Assembly: GCA_009103225.1 (NCBI GenBank)
Contig: RHPI01000810.1
Coordinates: forward strand, 977,080-1,041,079
Reading direction: 5' to 3'
From: Chlorokybus atmophyticus
Taxonomy: Eukaryota > Plantae > Mesostigma and Chlorokybus algae
DNA: 64,000 nt
Shown here: in pieces, positions 46,278-58,981 of the stretch
Layout of the letters: each line of letters opens with the position of its first letter
How positions within the stretch are numbered: the stretch's first letter is position 1
The notes under the pieces: generated by a model
The model's input: the letters and a program-made list of their open reading frames with translations, nothing else
The model's database searches: none
Told to the model about the DNA's origin: nothing
Program-made: the position numbers and the translations under genes

Positions 46278-47577
46278 TTATCTTCTGTTTGTTGGCAGTG
46301 CGACGTGTAACATGCCTGGCTGCGGCTCGTGGTACGGTACGCGTCGTGCGTCAAGCAGCTGCTTGACCGCGGCGGGCAGACGCGCGGGGACACGACCGTG
46401 GTGTCCCGTGCCCACAACCACGTACAGCGCTCCCGTTGACGCCGTGTCGAGGCGCGCGCGTAGTGCGGCGAGTGCCTCGGGTACGTGGAGTCCGTGCAGG
46501 TCGAGCACGAGCCTGGCGTCGTTGGCGCGTCCGTCGTTGCGGTGTCTCAGAATGTGGGCGCTGGCGGCCTCATGCGCTCGCTTCATCTGCTCGTTGTGCC
46601 AGCGGCCCTTGGCGCCAAGCTCGCGAGCCAGAGCGCGCTGACCCGACAGGTACGCCTGCGTCGCCTGCTGGAAACACGCGTTGCGCACGCGGGCGTGGTC
46701 GCGCGCCTCTGCACGATGACGCGCGTACAACGACGCTGCGTGGCGCACAACACCAATGTCAACACCATGAACACCATCAACCAATACACCCGCAGTGCTC
46801 ACCTACGGCATCGCCGGTGTCGAGCCACCGCACGGCGTCCGCCGGTAGAGACGTCGTGCGCGGGGGCGGCGCGTGTCTGTGCATCATCGATGACGACGAA
46901 GACGTTCGGCTCAACTGCTGCTGCTGCTGCTGCTGTTGCGATCCCTGCCTCACCACGGACGCGAAGTCGACGCCGGGACTGCTGGACAGCGTCGGCTCCA
47001 CCACGGCGCCGCCAGACAGCGCGGGGAAGTCGGCGGGAGTCAGCTCCACGGGACGCGAGTTGTCCTCCTGAAGGGGCAATCAACGTTCTGATGTTCAGTG
47101 AATGTCACAATCACGTCAGCTGCTGAGATGAAGATGAACAGTACTCATACCTCTAGTTGTAGTATGCCGTCAATGGCGTGTTCTAGGTCGCATCCGCTGG
47201 CGAGCAGGACGGCGCGCAGGCTGGCCGGATCGTACGACGGGAATTGCTCCGACAAGAACACCACCGCCGACTCCACGTCCACCACCACCCCGCCGCCATG
47301 CCCGTACTCCTCCTGCGCGTCGTAGTCATCGTCGTTGTCGTTGTGGAGTTGCGGCTGCGGTGAGAAGAGCGAGTCCGGCAGCGCAAAGTCCAGGTCGTGC
47401 TGCTGCGCCACGCGGATCACGGGGGCCACGGGCTTGGCGGCGGCGGATCCGAAGGTCGGCACAAACTCTTTGGCTCGCGGGTTCAGGCCAAGTTGCCCCG
47501 CCGCTGATGATAGCGCTGATGATGGTGCAGTATGTGGAGCTGGTGCTGATGCGGGTGGACTCGCGCCATCTCTCTGC
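46278..47577 (-). CDS. CID7: CID7-like PABP-interacting protein: PAM2 + CUE-like + DUF1771 + Smr; start exon unresolved (upstream of 47577)
   Basis: Exons 47577-47151, 47067-46803, 46735-46278 in phase; LNPRAKEFVP (PAM2), FLSEQFPSYD (CUE-like), WLDTGDAVASLY..RNACFQQATQAYL, LDLHGLHVPEA..VVGTGHH (Smr). Confidence 0.88.
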
Positions 47578-49332
47578 CTGCGCGCACACGTCGTCGTTGT
47601 GTAAACATGGGCAACGACAACCACAGACTCAAGCAAGTAAGCGGTCAGCGCTGCACGTACCAGATGGGTGGGGAGCGGGATGAGGCGTGTTCATGCGACC
47701 CTGTGCGTGATCGGGTGTCAACGCCGATGCAACACAATGCAACATCCAATGTGCCAACAACACCGTTGCCACAACAATGAGAGCACATGCAATCAAGCAT
47801 GAGACGGGGAGTGCTTCCTTCACTTGGCATGACGCAAACAGTGCAGCTGTGAACGATAGACTCTCGTTAACAAGCACATGCCTGCGGGCGGCTGTCGCAC
47901 GTCTGTGGTGGGGCGCGCACGCTCTCGCCCCTCGTGCAGAAGCTGCTGGACGGCCGCATCCAGCTCAGCCGGCCCAGCCTGCAGAAGCACGACACGCATT
48001 GTTCGCACGTATTCACATTGATGGAACATTAAGGCAAGAAGTTGTATAAAAGCACCAGGGTCCATCTCTTACCCCCGGTAGGAACGCGCGCACGGTGTCG
48101 GCGAGAGCGCGCTCGGGAACAACACCTGAGATGGCCTGCGCGGCAACCCTGGGCAGAAGGTGGGGGAGTGATCAGACTGTGAGGCTGGTTTGCTTTATTT
48201 ACCATGCAAAGCACAGCCATGACTCAGTTGACGATGATAGTTGAGGTGCGTGTATGCATGCAACGAATAAAGACGAGGAGCATACTCGTTGAGGTAGTCT
48301 ATGAGTGCGTTGTCTAGTGGCTGGCTGTGGCGTGTCAGCAGCGCCGCCGCAGTCGAAGACCCCATCCAACAAACTCAACCCACTCCTCCCGTGCCTCCTC
48401 CCGCATAACCCTGGTTTATTGCCGACCCACAGACCCTTCAAGCCACCCTGCGACCGATCCAGTAATGGATGTTGTGCATTGCATTGCATTGCAAACCCCA
48501 AAGCCTCACAACGACCTGTTGTGATTTGTCCTAGCTGCATCTAATGTGTCACTGACTCGAGCACATTGCGGCCATCTGCAAACCAAGGCCAAGGCTTGTG
48601 CGATGAGAGGGCCCTCTCTCCCAGCAGCAGCGCAACAACAGAAACAAGCACACGGGATGGACAGGCAGTTCGACTCGGTATGTGAGTGTGACTGACTGTC
48701 ACAGCGAAAGGCGAGGTGACGGTAAAGAGAGGGGCACATTAATACTGTCCATTATCAATCTCTGGTGTTAGCACTGGATGACCTGAATGGATGGATCGAC
48801 CAGGTCGAGTAGTCGTGTCTGTGCGTGCGTGCGTGCGTGCGTGCCCAACCGTGAAAGCGTGGGGCATGAGAGGGGCGGCGGGGAGGCCGGGCAAGCAAAG
48901 ACTACCAGCTTCAAGATCGGGAGACGGCAGACATAAAACACTCTTACAGGCAGGCGTGACAATGATGCATGAGACTGGATTAGACACGCATTGCATTGAC
49001 TTGTAGTCCACAGCCCCAGTGGCCGATGCGGGAAGGGGGGGGCGGCGGCCACAGCCTTACCGCAAGCAACGCGATACCTTGCCTTCTGAGATCCAGGCGA
49101 CACCCCAGAAGCGAGCCGCCGTGCCGGCGCCGCAGCACCGCCGCCGTTGCCGCCACCGCCCGCCACGTGGCGTCGTTGGTGTCTGCCGTGGATATACCCG
49201 CGACTTTCTTCTTTTCCTTTCCTCTTTTCTGAATGCTTCAGCCGACCGTCGACTGACCTTGGCCTTTCCGTGTGTTCGTGTTGTCTGCGCACGCACGTGG
49301 CGTCCAGTTCCTGCTTGTCATCCTCGGTGCCG

Positions 49333-52300
49333 ATGGGGGACGCGGGAGCGGGAGCGTGGCGGCGGATGGAAGAGGCCATGGAGGCCGCAGAGGGACTCAG
49401 CAGACACCTGGCAGCAAGGAAGGAGGCCAACGCGGAGCTCGCCGCCATGTGCGTTCGGGGGATGTGATGTTTGGGGGAGAGATAGCCACTTGAACAGGCG
49501 GATTCATCGATCCCGAATGCACCCACTTTTGCACACATGCTCGCACGCATCCAAGTTCTCTGACTCACTTGCCGTTTTCGCAGCCATCCGCAATTGAACC
49601 GCAGTTGCTTTACACTTGATCACGCACTCACTTAGCTTGGCTTGTTTGCTCGTACACACTCGCTCACACGCTCACCCTCTTGTCGTCACACACGCACACG
49701 CACGCAACTGATCATGAGACCGCTCTCTTTTGCTCTCGTCCACGTCCACGTCCTCGCGCTCGCATTCACAACAACACACTCGCTCACCCACTCACACTCA
49801 CTCCACACGCACGCAATCGCACCCGCACCTACTCACAGTCCACACCCCTCTTCCAGCCGCCTCCGCCTCTCCCATCTCGACCGCAAGCTCTCCCTCTCCT
49901 CCACTCGTCCCTCCTCCTCTCCTCACCCAACATCCTCCTCCTCCTCTTCCCCCCTCCTGCGCTCCCTCTCCCTCCACGCGGACCGCTGCCGACGCGCAGC
50001 ACGACGAGCGGAGAAAGCGGCGATGGACTTGGCAGCGGCAGACGCGGCGGCGAGGGCGGGGATGCAAGCGGCCAAAAACGAGGCGAGACGAGCAGCGGCC
50101 GAGGTGTGCGTGCGTGTTGTGATGCGAGCGCACTGTGTGACACTCTGTGTTGCGGTTCTGATGGTGTGCTGATGGCGTACAGGCCCATCGGCAACGCTTG
50201 CAGCAGCAAAACGAGCGCTCCCATCACGACCGCCATCAACAGCATCTTTACCAACAACATTACCACCCCCATCATCAGCCTCAACCATCACCCAAAGTTG
50301 TTTTCAGCGATGCAGAAAAGCCAACAACTTCTTTCTCTCCTTCTTCCCCCAAACAAACTCCTTTCGCGACTGCCTCTTCCCCCCCCCTCGCCAAGTCTCC
50401 CGGCATCAGCATCAGTCCCGCGCGTAGCCCTCCTCCTCCTTCTTCCCGAAGCCGGCAGGCGTCGAGCCCGCCCGCCACCGGCGCATCCGCACTGCTCTCT
50501 GCACACTCCTTCAGCGACGTTACCGTTCGTCCACGTTCTCCTCCTGCCATCACTGATAACCACCACCAACAACACTCTCCCGTGTCGACGGTGTCCTCTA
50601 GACGCGGGAGTGAGCCCAGGCTGGCAGAAGCGTCGGTCTCGCCCAGGGGCAAAGCGCCACTGGACGAATTTGATCATGTTGGTGTTGCGAGTGATATGAA
50701 TCAGTATCATGCTGCTGCAGCGGAGGTGGGACAAATAACAAGAGAGCCAGAACATAATCCAACCACGCATCAGCCCGCACGCCAGGTAATACATGTACAC
50801 TTGTTGTCCTGCTTTGTTTTGCATGTGCTGCTCCCCCAACCCGCAAAAACAACTCAGCCAACACTTGCACGCAGAGTCTTCGCGCGATGTCAACCTCGCC
50901 ACCGTCGTCTCCCCCCCTCGCAAGCCCCGAGCGGCGTCTGCGTTCGCGCACGCACTCAGTTGCACCAACCGCATCCACCCCGTCACCTGCTCCCACATCA
51001 AGAGCACAAAGTCCACGCCACGATGATGTCGCAGAGTACTTGCAGGGCGGCAGCCTTCTCCCGCCGGCGCGGAGACTGCGCGTGCTTGCGTCGCTGCTGG
51101 CGCACTGCAGAGAGCACGCGTACGACGACGGGCTGCGATACGACGTCCAACACAACAACACCGACGACGATGCCTTCACGCAAGTGGCACGCGCGGCCGA
51201 GTCAGGTGCGTTTGCTGTGTGTTTGGGGTAGTCAATGCACAAGTGTATGTATCCTCATGTGTGCGCGCGCGCGCGTGTGTGTGTGTGTGTAGGCGTGCTG
51301 CAGGGCCTGGCGGCATCGAGGTCCGCGGCGGCGGCGTGCGAGATGGTTCGTCGTTACCCCGAGCGCGGGCTTCTCCCGCCAAGCTTCGTGCAGAGATGCC
51401 TGCTCACAGACGACGACCACGACCCGGACAGGTACACGTATATGAGCATGCAGAATTCATCCAGAATATAACTTGTTATTGACATAGTGTGTTTGTTTGA
51501 CAACACAAACAGGATTGGGGAGTTTCAAGACAGCCACGCAGCGGAGTTCTGGCGGGAGCTTGTCCAGCACATCGTGTTCCTTGTCAAATCACAGGTGTTG
51601 GGTGCGTCTCAAGCGGCGGGGACGTTTGCGGCGTTGCTGGTGCCGACGCGTGGAGGGGCCAGGGAGAGGGCGCTCGCGAGACACGTCGAGCGCTACCTTG
51701 CGCGCGTCATCGCCCATCACACCCACCCACTCACCCGCGCCGGCGACAGCAGCGATAACCACAGCGGCAGCCACCAGCAACCAACAATCACTGCAAGCGA
51801 TGGCAACCATACTGCGGCAGCCGCTATCGTGGAACAACAACAAGACAAGCAGCAGCCGCAGCGACCGCGCGCGGGGCGGAGAGGGTCCATTGTAAACATA
51901 CTGCCATTTGAGCCTGTACAGGTGAGCGTGACTGGGCAACTCTGGCTAACCGCTGACGTGTGCTCGTGTGCCTGCAACTGACTGGCATGTGCGCGTGTGT
52001 TGGCAGCCGTCGTCCTTCACTATCAAGGCCACAAGTCCAATACACGAAGCTGAACCCGTTATTATCAAGCCCACAAGTCCAGCCAAGAAGCAAACGCTCT
52101 CACCTCGTTCGCCACAACCCGAGGACGGTTTGCGTGCACACACTCACATAGCAGCTACTACAACTCCTCTCCTCTCCGACAGCAGCGATGACGAACACGA
52201 CAACAAACCCGGTTCAAGAGGTCAACCCGCAGTCCTGAACCGGTCTCGGACCTGGGCCGGGAAAGGGAACAAGTCCACCGCTGCGGGTAGGGGGAGTGGC

Positions 52301-52456
52301 AACAACAGGCCATTCTCAAGCGCGAGGCTGCAGCGCGGAGGGATTTCCATACTCAACAGCACCAGCACCGGCAGCACTAGCGGTGGGATTAGCAGGGTCT
52401 CCAGCATTATCAGTCGCGCTCTCGATGGATCGGATGACGATGATTCTGATGCATAA
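49333..52456 (+). CDS. Coiled-coil, Ser/Pro-rich protein with a degenerate RhoGAP-like domain
   Basis: Exons 49333-49448, 49857-50103, 50183-50785, 50875-51205, 51293-51431, 51513-51921, 52007-52456; all six junctions GT-AG and in phase; the domain call is by eye. Confidence 0.72.
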
Positions 52457-52999
52457 GATGCTGAACTGCGCTGGAGTTTGCTGAATGTTTGTTGGCACCG
52501 CGCTGTACGCTGCACCACAGACGCTTGCGTGCATTGCCAGCAAATACATCATGTGCACATGTGGCATGACGAGACAGATGGCCTGAAGGCGTGTTTCGGA
52601 TGAAAGACAACACAGCCGTTATCTCTGAACAAAGCTGTCATCAGCGCTCAAAAGGGCTTTGTTGCTGATGATGTGCAAATTTACTGGACGAGCAAACCAA
52701 TGCCAACATGTGCATGTAGCAGCAACCAAGCAATCTTTCTAAAGCGGAGTTGCCTGCTGGTCGTAATTAGCTGTTGCTTCAGTAAAACATGATGCTGGAA
52801 AGTGAATCATCGCACGCAGGCAAAAACACAGCACAGCTTGTGACACTCTACGCTACTTCCAATTGTGCAGCAAATACACAGCAGCTAGCAAATCATGGTG
52901 TATAAATAGGATGGTATGAAGGGTACCTAATGGTGCACCCCTCAGCTGAACAGCTAAACTACACCAATTGACAATGCTCGCCAAAAGTGATGACCACTC

Positions 53000-54801
53000 T
53001 CACGCAGCCAGTTGGCAGCCGCTGTCGAAAGCGGATGTCATAGCGGAGATGGCTGCGACCATCTTTCGGCGCGGTCCGACCGCCAACACGCCCATATCCT
53101 TGAGCCTCTGCATCGTCAGAACCGGCAGATGTTCGAAATCAACTTGGTGCAGCTCCAGGACGGCCGCATACTTTGCAAGGCCGAGCAGGTTCAGCCACGA
53201 ACGCAAATCCATGTCCACAGAACGCGGGAATTGCCCTGAAACGCAGATTCTATGAGCATCGAGCACGCATGGGCAAACTTTGCAAGGCAGACTCTGCGAA
53301 AAGCAGTACTGCTTGCGTGGTGATGGAACATGTCATGCCAATAGCGGCCAACTCAACAGAGTCAGACCAACGACGCACCACGAAAGGGAGGTGGATTCTC
53401 CTGTTCATCATTGGCGGGTGGCGAGTTGCATGGCTTGGCAAGGTCTGCCAAAGTAAGAGCGATCTCGTGTCGTTCCTCGTCGTCTTCTTCGGGCATGTTC
53501 TGAGTGTTTTTGCTGGGGCTAGCTTCGGCATCTTCGTCTTCATCTGCATCTGCGTCATGCGTCTTGTCGCTATGGGGGGGCTGCAGCGACCGTCTCGTCT
53601 GCGACTTCAGTCGATTACGCTGCAGCTTGAGGTTGCGCTGCAGTCGCCACAGTCGCATGCGCTCACGCTCTTTCTGCCGCTTCAGCGCCAGCCGCGCCTC
53701 CCTCTGCTCTTCCGTCTCAAGCTCACGCGCAGACAGCTTGCGTACCCGCTTCTTGCCATCGCCGCTGCTGTGCTTGGCCGCAGCGTCATCGGCTGCAGGC
53801 TTCTCGTCACTGTGCAGTTCTGAGATGTGCCGCTTTCTCGACCTGGTTGCAAAGTTGTGGGCAGGAACAGCAGCAGCCGCTTTTGGACTGGCCTGGATGT
53901 CGTCTGCTATGCGCTGGCGCGATGGGGGTTGCTTTTGCCGTCGAGGTGCCTTGGAAGCGGGGGCATGAGCGTGGCGTGCATGCCTGCCGATGCCGCCCCT
54001 CACGGCATTGAGCGCGGACACAAACCGGCTGCTGATGGGTCGTCGAGGTCGCCCTGCTTCCGGCTCGGTGTCCACCGGCGTAGATGCGTCGTCCTCAGCC
54101 TTGACGGTAGCGATAGATTGAGATTCATTTCCGCGACGTTCAGCATCAGCGTTGGCCTTGCCGCTGCTGCTCTCACCACCACCTGCATCTGCCAATGGCA
54201 ATGCAGCTGCGGGAATCTGCTCCTGACTCGCATGCTTGTCCACCCGCGTGCCGCTCTCCGCCTTTGATGACGACACCGCACCAGTGCGTTCCACGGAAGT
54301 GTGTGATGCAGATTCTGACAACTCCCTGTGCTTCGCCTCTGCGGAGCGCCTCGGCCTCGGCTGCACGTCAACCCGGACTTCCGGCAAAGGTGGTGTTGAT
54401 GCTGATGGCGGCTGCTGCTGTGGGCTGGCAATGGCAACGGCGGTGGTTGGGAGCGGCTGCATGCCTTGCGCGAGCGGGTTTTTGCGAGCGGGCTTATCCC
54501 ATGGCATGGGCTCACCGGGTCTCGGGTGCGGCGCCCAGATCTCGTCATCAAGGTTAATGTCCTTCTGCTCGCCGTCATCATACGTGATTCGGTACGTCTG
54601 CGTCTTGCGTGTGAAGTAGGTCAGCGTGCCGGCATACCACGACTGGAACTGCGGCCAGTAAACCCAAATGCGCGCTCCCGTGCCGAGCCGCCCGCGCCTC
54701 TGCTGTTGTGCCCCTTCCCCTCCAGTGGCAGCGCGCGCCTCCCCATTGGTAGCTGCTGGTGGCGTGCCTTCCGCGGGCGTGGCTGGTGTGGTGTTGGCCA
54801 T
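53000..54801 (-). CDS. Tudor-like + basic coiled-coil + C-terminal SAM domain protein (may extend 5' to ~55900)
   Basis: Exon 54801-53379 (RIWVYWPQFQSWYAG..YRITYDDGE..INL..EIW), intron 53378-53236 (GTGCGT..TTCAG, phase 1), exon 53235-53000 (LRSWLNLLGLAKYAAVL..VDFEHL..L.MQRLKDMGV.AVGPRRKM). Confidence 0.72.
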
Positions 54802-57800
54802 GGCTAGCCCGCTTGGACGATGGATAGGCCAGATCCTGCTGGCTGCGAAGACACAACTCAGTGGGAAATGTGCAGACGAGGATTGGCATGCTTGTGCGGC
54901 ACATAATTCATGCCGGCAATGCTCCTTGGTTAACAAGTGGTTGCTTGCCAGTGAGTAAGCAGCCATCATGTTTGAAGTAGGGCAGCACATGCAGCGAAAT
55001 GCCACACGGCGCAAACCAGTGCAGTCTTACAGCTGGCATGCAGCGAGACAGTACAGCAGCCCGTTGCCTACCTGGAGCTGCGGTTTGATGAACAGCTGCT
55101 TGTTGTGCAAACAGTGTCTGGATGCTTGCTCGCACAGCAGCAAAGCCCTCCGCTGCCGATTGCCGCCGCCTTGCTGCGGAGGCAGCCGTAGCTGCGGCTG
55201 CAGGAAAGCGCAAACCGTTTGAGGCGGTGGTGGTTGCCGGCAGCGGCAGCTTACGCGGCTGTGCCAAGCAAGAACAGGCAAGCAGAGGAAAGCAAATGGA
55301 TCATCAAGCCGCAATGACTAGGCAGAGCAAAGTTCAGTTGACATGGCAAGCAAGCAGGTAGGCGACCGAGCATACATGTTTACAGGCACCGACCTGGTCA
55401 GCGTTGATTCCAGGTGGACAGACGAGAAGTCGCCGAGGAGAGAGCTGGGGCGAGCGGCGGTGCGGCAGCAAGCTGCTGAGAAAGGCTGCTGCTGTCCTCT
55501 TCCGCCGCCGCCGCCGGCTGCTGGGCCGGCGTCGGAGAGAATCGCTGCTGCTGCTGCTGCTGCTGCCGTCTGGTCTGGGCGGGCTGGCAACTTTGGACTG
55601 AGCTTTAGCGCAGCGAACCGAAGCCAAGCCAAGCGGAGTACGCTGTCGCCACTGCTGTCGCGCTGCTGGCTGCCCGGCGGCGGCGGCAGCGGGGTGAAGC
55701 AGGGACAGGGTGTAGCCGGCAGCCTTGGCGGCAACCCACGCGTACAGCCCTGCAGCTTGCTGCAATGACACGCTGCCAGGCCAGGCCGGCCCACTCACCG
55801 AGCAGAGCCCCGCTTTCCCTCGTTGAGGCCTGGCACTGCAATGCGTGCAAGTCGTGCTGCAAGACACAGCACACGCGCAGACGCAGTGGAAGACAGCCTC
55901 CGCCTTGTAGGGTCTCGCCAACTAACCGCACACACTGCGCTGCGCTGCTGCTCTGTCGGCCGAGCACCCTACACACAGCGGATGCTGAAACCACCGTGAG
56001 CACACGGCAGGCCCGCCGTTGAGCAAGCTCGCAGTGCAAGCGTCCTGTCCTGCTTGTGTGTCGCCTCGGCGAAAAGTTTTGCCGAGGCGACACACATGCC
56101 GCCTGCTTGCCTCAAGTATGCTGCTGCAGCCTCAAACAGAGTCCAAGTTCAACCTACCGCATGCCACTGCCCCACATACAAGATGCTGTGTTGCATGCCG
56201 TCCTCCTGCCACGACAGTTAGGCAGTCACTAGCAGAGTGAGCACTCCCAACAACCAAAGCACGCACACTCACCTTGCACAACAACTGAAGCCACAGCTTG
56301 CACAGCTCCGTGCAAGCTGTGGCTGATAACCATCACAGCCTACGTGCAGCCATTGCACGGGGTGTAGGAGACGGCTGGATGATGCAGCGTTGAGTATCGC
56401 CTTGTCATTCCTCCTGCGTGTCCTGCAACAACCAAGGTCGTGCGTGATCGGTTGCATTGGTCCTGGAACTGCGAGCAGCTGGTTCTTTCGGGCAGTTACA
56501 AACACTTCGTATGTGCGCTCACAACGCGTCTTGACTGGCAGCTGCTCCTGGCAATGGTCGTGCGCACTTGGCTTTGAACAATCATGCCTCGGTCCAGTAG
56601 TGTGCACCACAGCAGGGCACCAATAGTGCAAGTTTCATGTATGCTTGCGCAGGCATCATGTCGGGTCAGCCGCAAAAGCCAGAAGACAGAACATTTGGGT
56701 GTGTTCATCACAACTGCATCGGATAACATGCGTGACAACATTCCGATGCGAACACATGCGATGATGTAGTGTGCAGACTGCATGCATGTTTGCTACATTC
56801 TCATGCATGCCACTATCCTTGCATACTATATTTTACAAGTCACCTGCACAAACTGAAGTGCCCATACGCACTGATGTCGCACAACCGTTGTGAGTAGCCA
56901 AACTTGCTAGCTAACAATGCCTCCACCAATTTTGTGTGATGCAACTAATAATGCCTTTGCCACTCAACTTCCAAGGCTGCATCCCCCCCCCCCCCCCCTT
57001 CCTTTTCCGTTCAGATTTGCTGCAAAGCTGCACGAAGTGCTTGGTGAATCACGGCATGCAAGAGGTGCGCAGCACATGCATCGGAATGTCTACACCGTAT
57101 CTACACTATGAAGAGTTAAGCCCGTCGGCTTAAAAGACGCATGATTGTGCACAAGTTTGTAGGTTGATGAAAAAATTATATGTTATGGCATTACTTACTG
57201 CATAGCAATTGATGATCATATGATAGTTAATTGATCACATAGTAATTAATTATTATATACTAAGATGCAATGACAATTGCGCAATAATTATCGTTGTTGT
57301 TAACGCAACGTGGCGAATATGTATAAAACCTCTAACGTGCAGCATGGATAGCATTTTTTTGATGAGCATAAAAGGGAGTATGCCCCCTCAAAAGTAGAAA
57401 AAATCATATCATACATACGCTAATGTAATATACTTATGCGAATATTGGATCACGCGAAGCCTTACCGTAAGTCTGTTGGGGCATGTTAGGTTTAGCTGCA
57501 TATAAAGGAAAGTGTCTTGAGGACGTGGCGTCGCCAGCTAGCCAGCCCTTGGGATAATAATCGCACATGTTGCAATTACAACTAAAACGTTGCTATCGCC
57601 GAGGTTGGTAGTATATTACATGTACACCATGCTAGAACATAATCTGCTGTTATATATAACCATGCCGCTAACATGTATATGTTGTTTATCTTATCGCGCG
57701 TGACAAGTTCAATACTACCAGTAGCTCGCTCGCGTCAGATGTTGAGAACATCTGACAAGCGACCCTACTTACATCATGCGGCAAGTTTTATCATGCATGC

Positions 57801-57871
57801 GCGCGCAATTTACGTGACATGGTTATAAAAGGCGCAGAAACAATGCCCTTATCTGAACAAATGAGCCATTG

Positions 57872-57910
57872 CGCACCGCGCGTCACCCACAACTGGTGAC
57901 GCGCGGTGCG
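57872..57910. repeat. Perfect GC-rich hairpin, 16-bp stem, 7-nt loop
   Basis: CGCACCGCGCGTCACC-CACAACT-GGTGACGCGCGGTGCG. Confidence 0.9.
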
Positions 57911-58763
57911 AACCAGCCCCCCTGGTTTAGTGGCAGGGGCATTACCTGGCCGTCTGCAAATGAGTCGCAAGTTGCAACTCGCAATGCTTGCCTGTGCATG
58001 CGTCACATCATGCAGGCATTGTGCGAAACCTGTGTTGGAAAAAGCTTGATGTGTGGTGGCTTCTCATATGGTGACCATTCGATACGTATCAATCATGAAA
58101 GGTTTATACGGCGCCATGAATCTCTCAAATCAAGTGTTGATAATGTTGTACTATTTGGTATCACACTAAACATACTTGAAAGCTTTTTAAATTGTTGATC
58201 AATACTCCACGCCTACTTGTAACGAAGAACCTCGTGAGAACCGACATGACATGACGTGATTTTATAATAATTGCGCCTTTGATTGTATGTAGTATCGAAG
58301 AAACATTTCTTTTTTTTTTTTAATTTATTATAGAACAAAGACTTATAGTAACAACGGTTGCAAACCTGTTGCGCAAGTAACAGATGTATGCAATCCATTG
58401 ATCATGCACAGCCGATTGGCTTTGCAAAATTACCAACATAGTGACAATTTGATTTGAACGTATAATGAATGGTCTGTAGCAAGACGACATCATATTTGTT
58501 TATGCTTTACGCTTCACAATGCGATCAGCTTGACGGGCGTATTACTACATGCACCACATGCACATGTATGTTGAACATATCATAGCGCAGCAACGATTAC
58601 ACAATTATATTTGAAGCTTGAGTAGTCTGCAATGATCTTATGATATAAATGCGTTTGGACATATGCGCATGTTGATATGAATTACTTTGCAACATTATTA
58701 TACCATGCTTGATGCGATACGTGAAATTCACATTATCATGTTCAACCGCGTAGAAGCCCTAAA

Positions 58764-58981
58764 TTACAAGCCCCCTACATATAAGCCCCTCAACTGTTGA
58801 CAAACCCCCACATGCGGCATTTGGGGCCATATTGCCCAGCAGTTTCACCTATCGTACACACGCTAATATAAGCATAATCCGTTCGATTACAAACCCCCCT
58901 GCTCAAATACAAGCCCCCTTTACTACAACCCCCCTTTATAGTAAAGGGTGAGGGGCTTATGTAGCATGGGGGGGCTTGTAA
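58764..58981. mobile_element. MITE-like remnant with imperfect ~30-bp inverted ends and internal (A)AGCCCC/AACCCC repeats
   Basis: TTACAAGCCCCC..ATAAGCCCCTCA versus TGAGGGGCTTAT..GGGGGCTTGTAA; no TSD identified. Confidence 0.55.

Noticed and set aside
47820-48065. ORF or GC-donor segment as the first coding exon of the CID7-like gene
   Set aside because: Possible, but I could not establish the start codon or phase, so it is left out of the model
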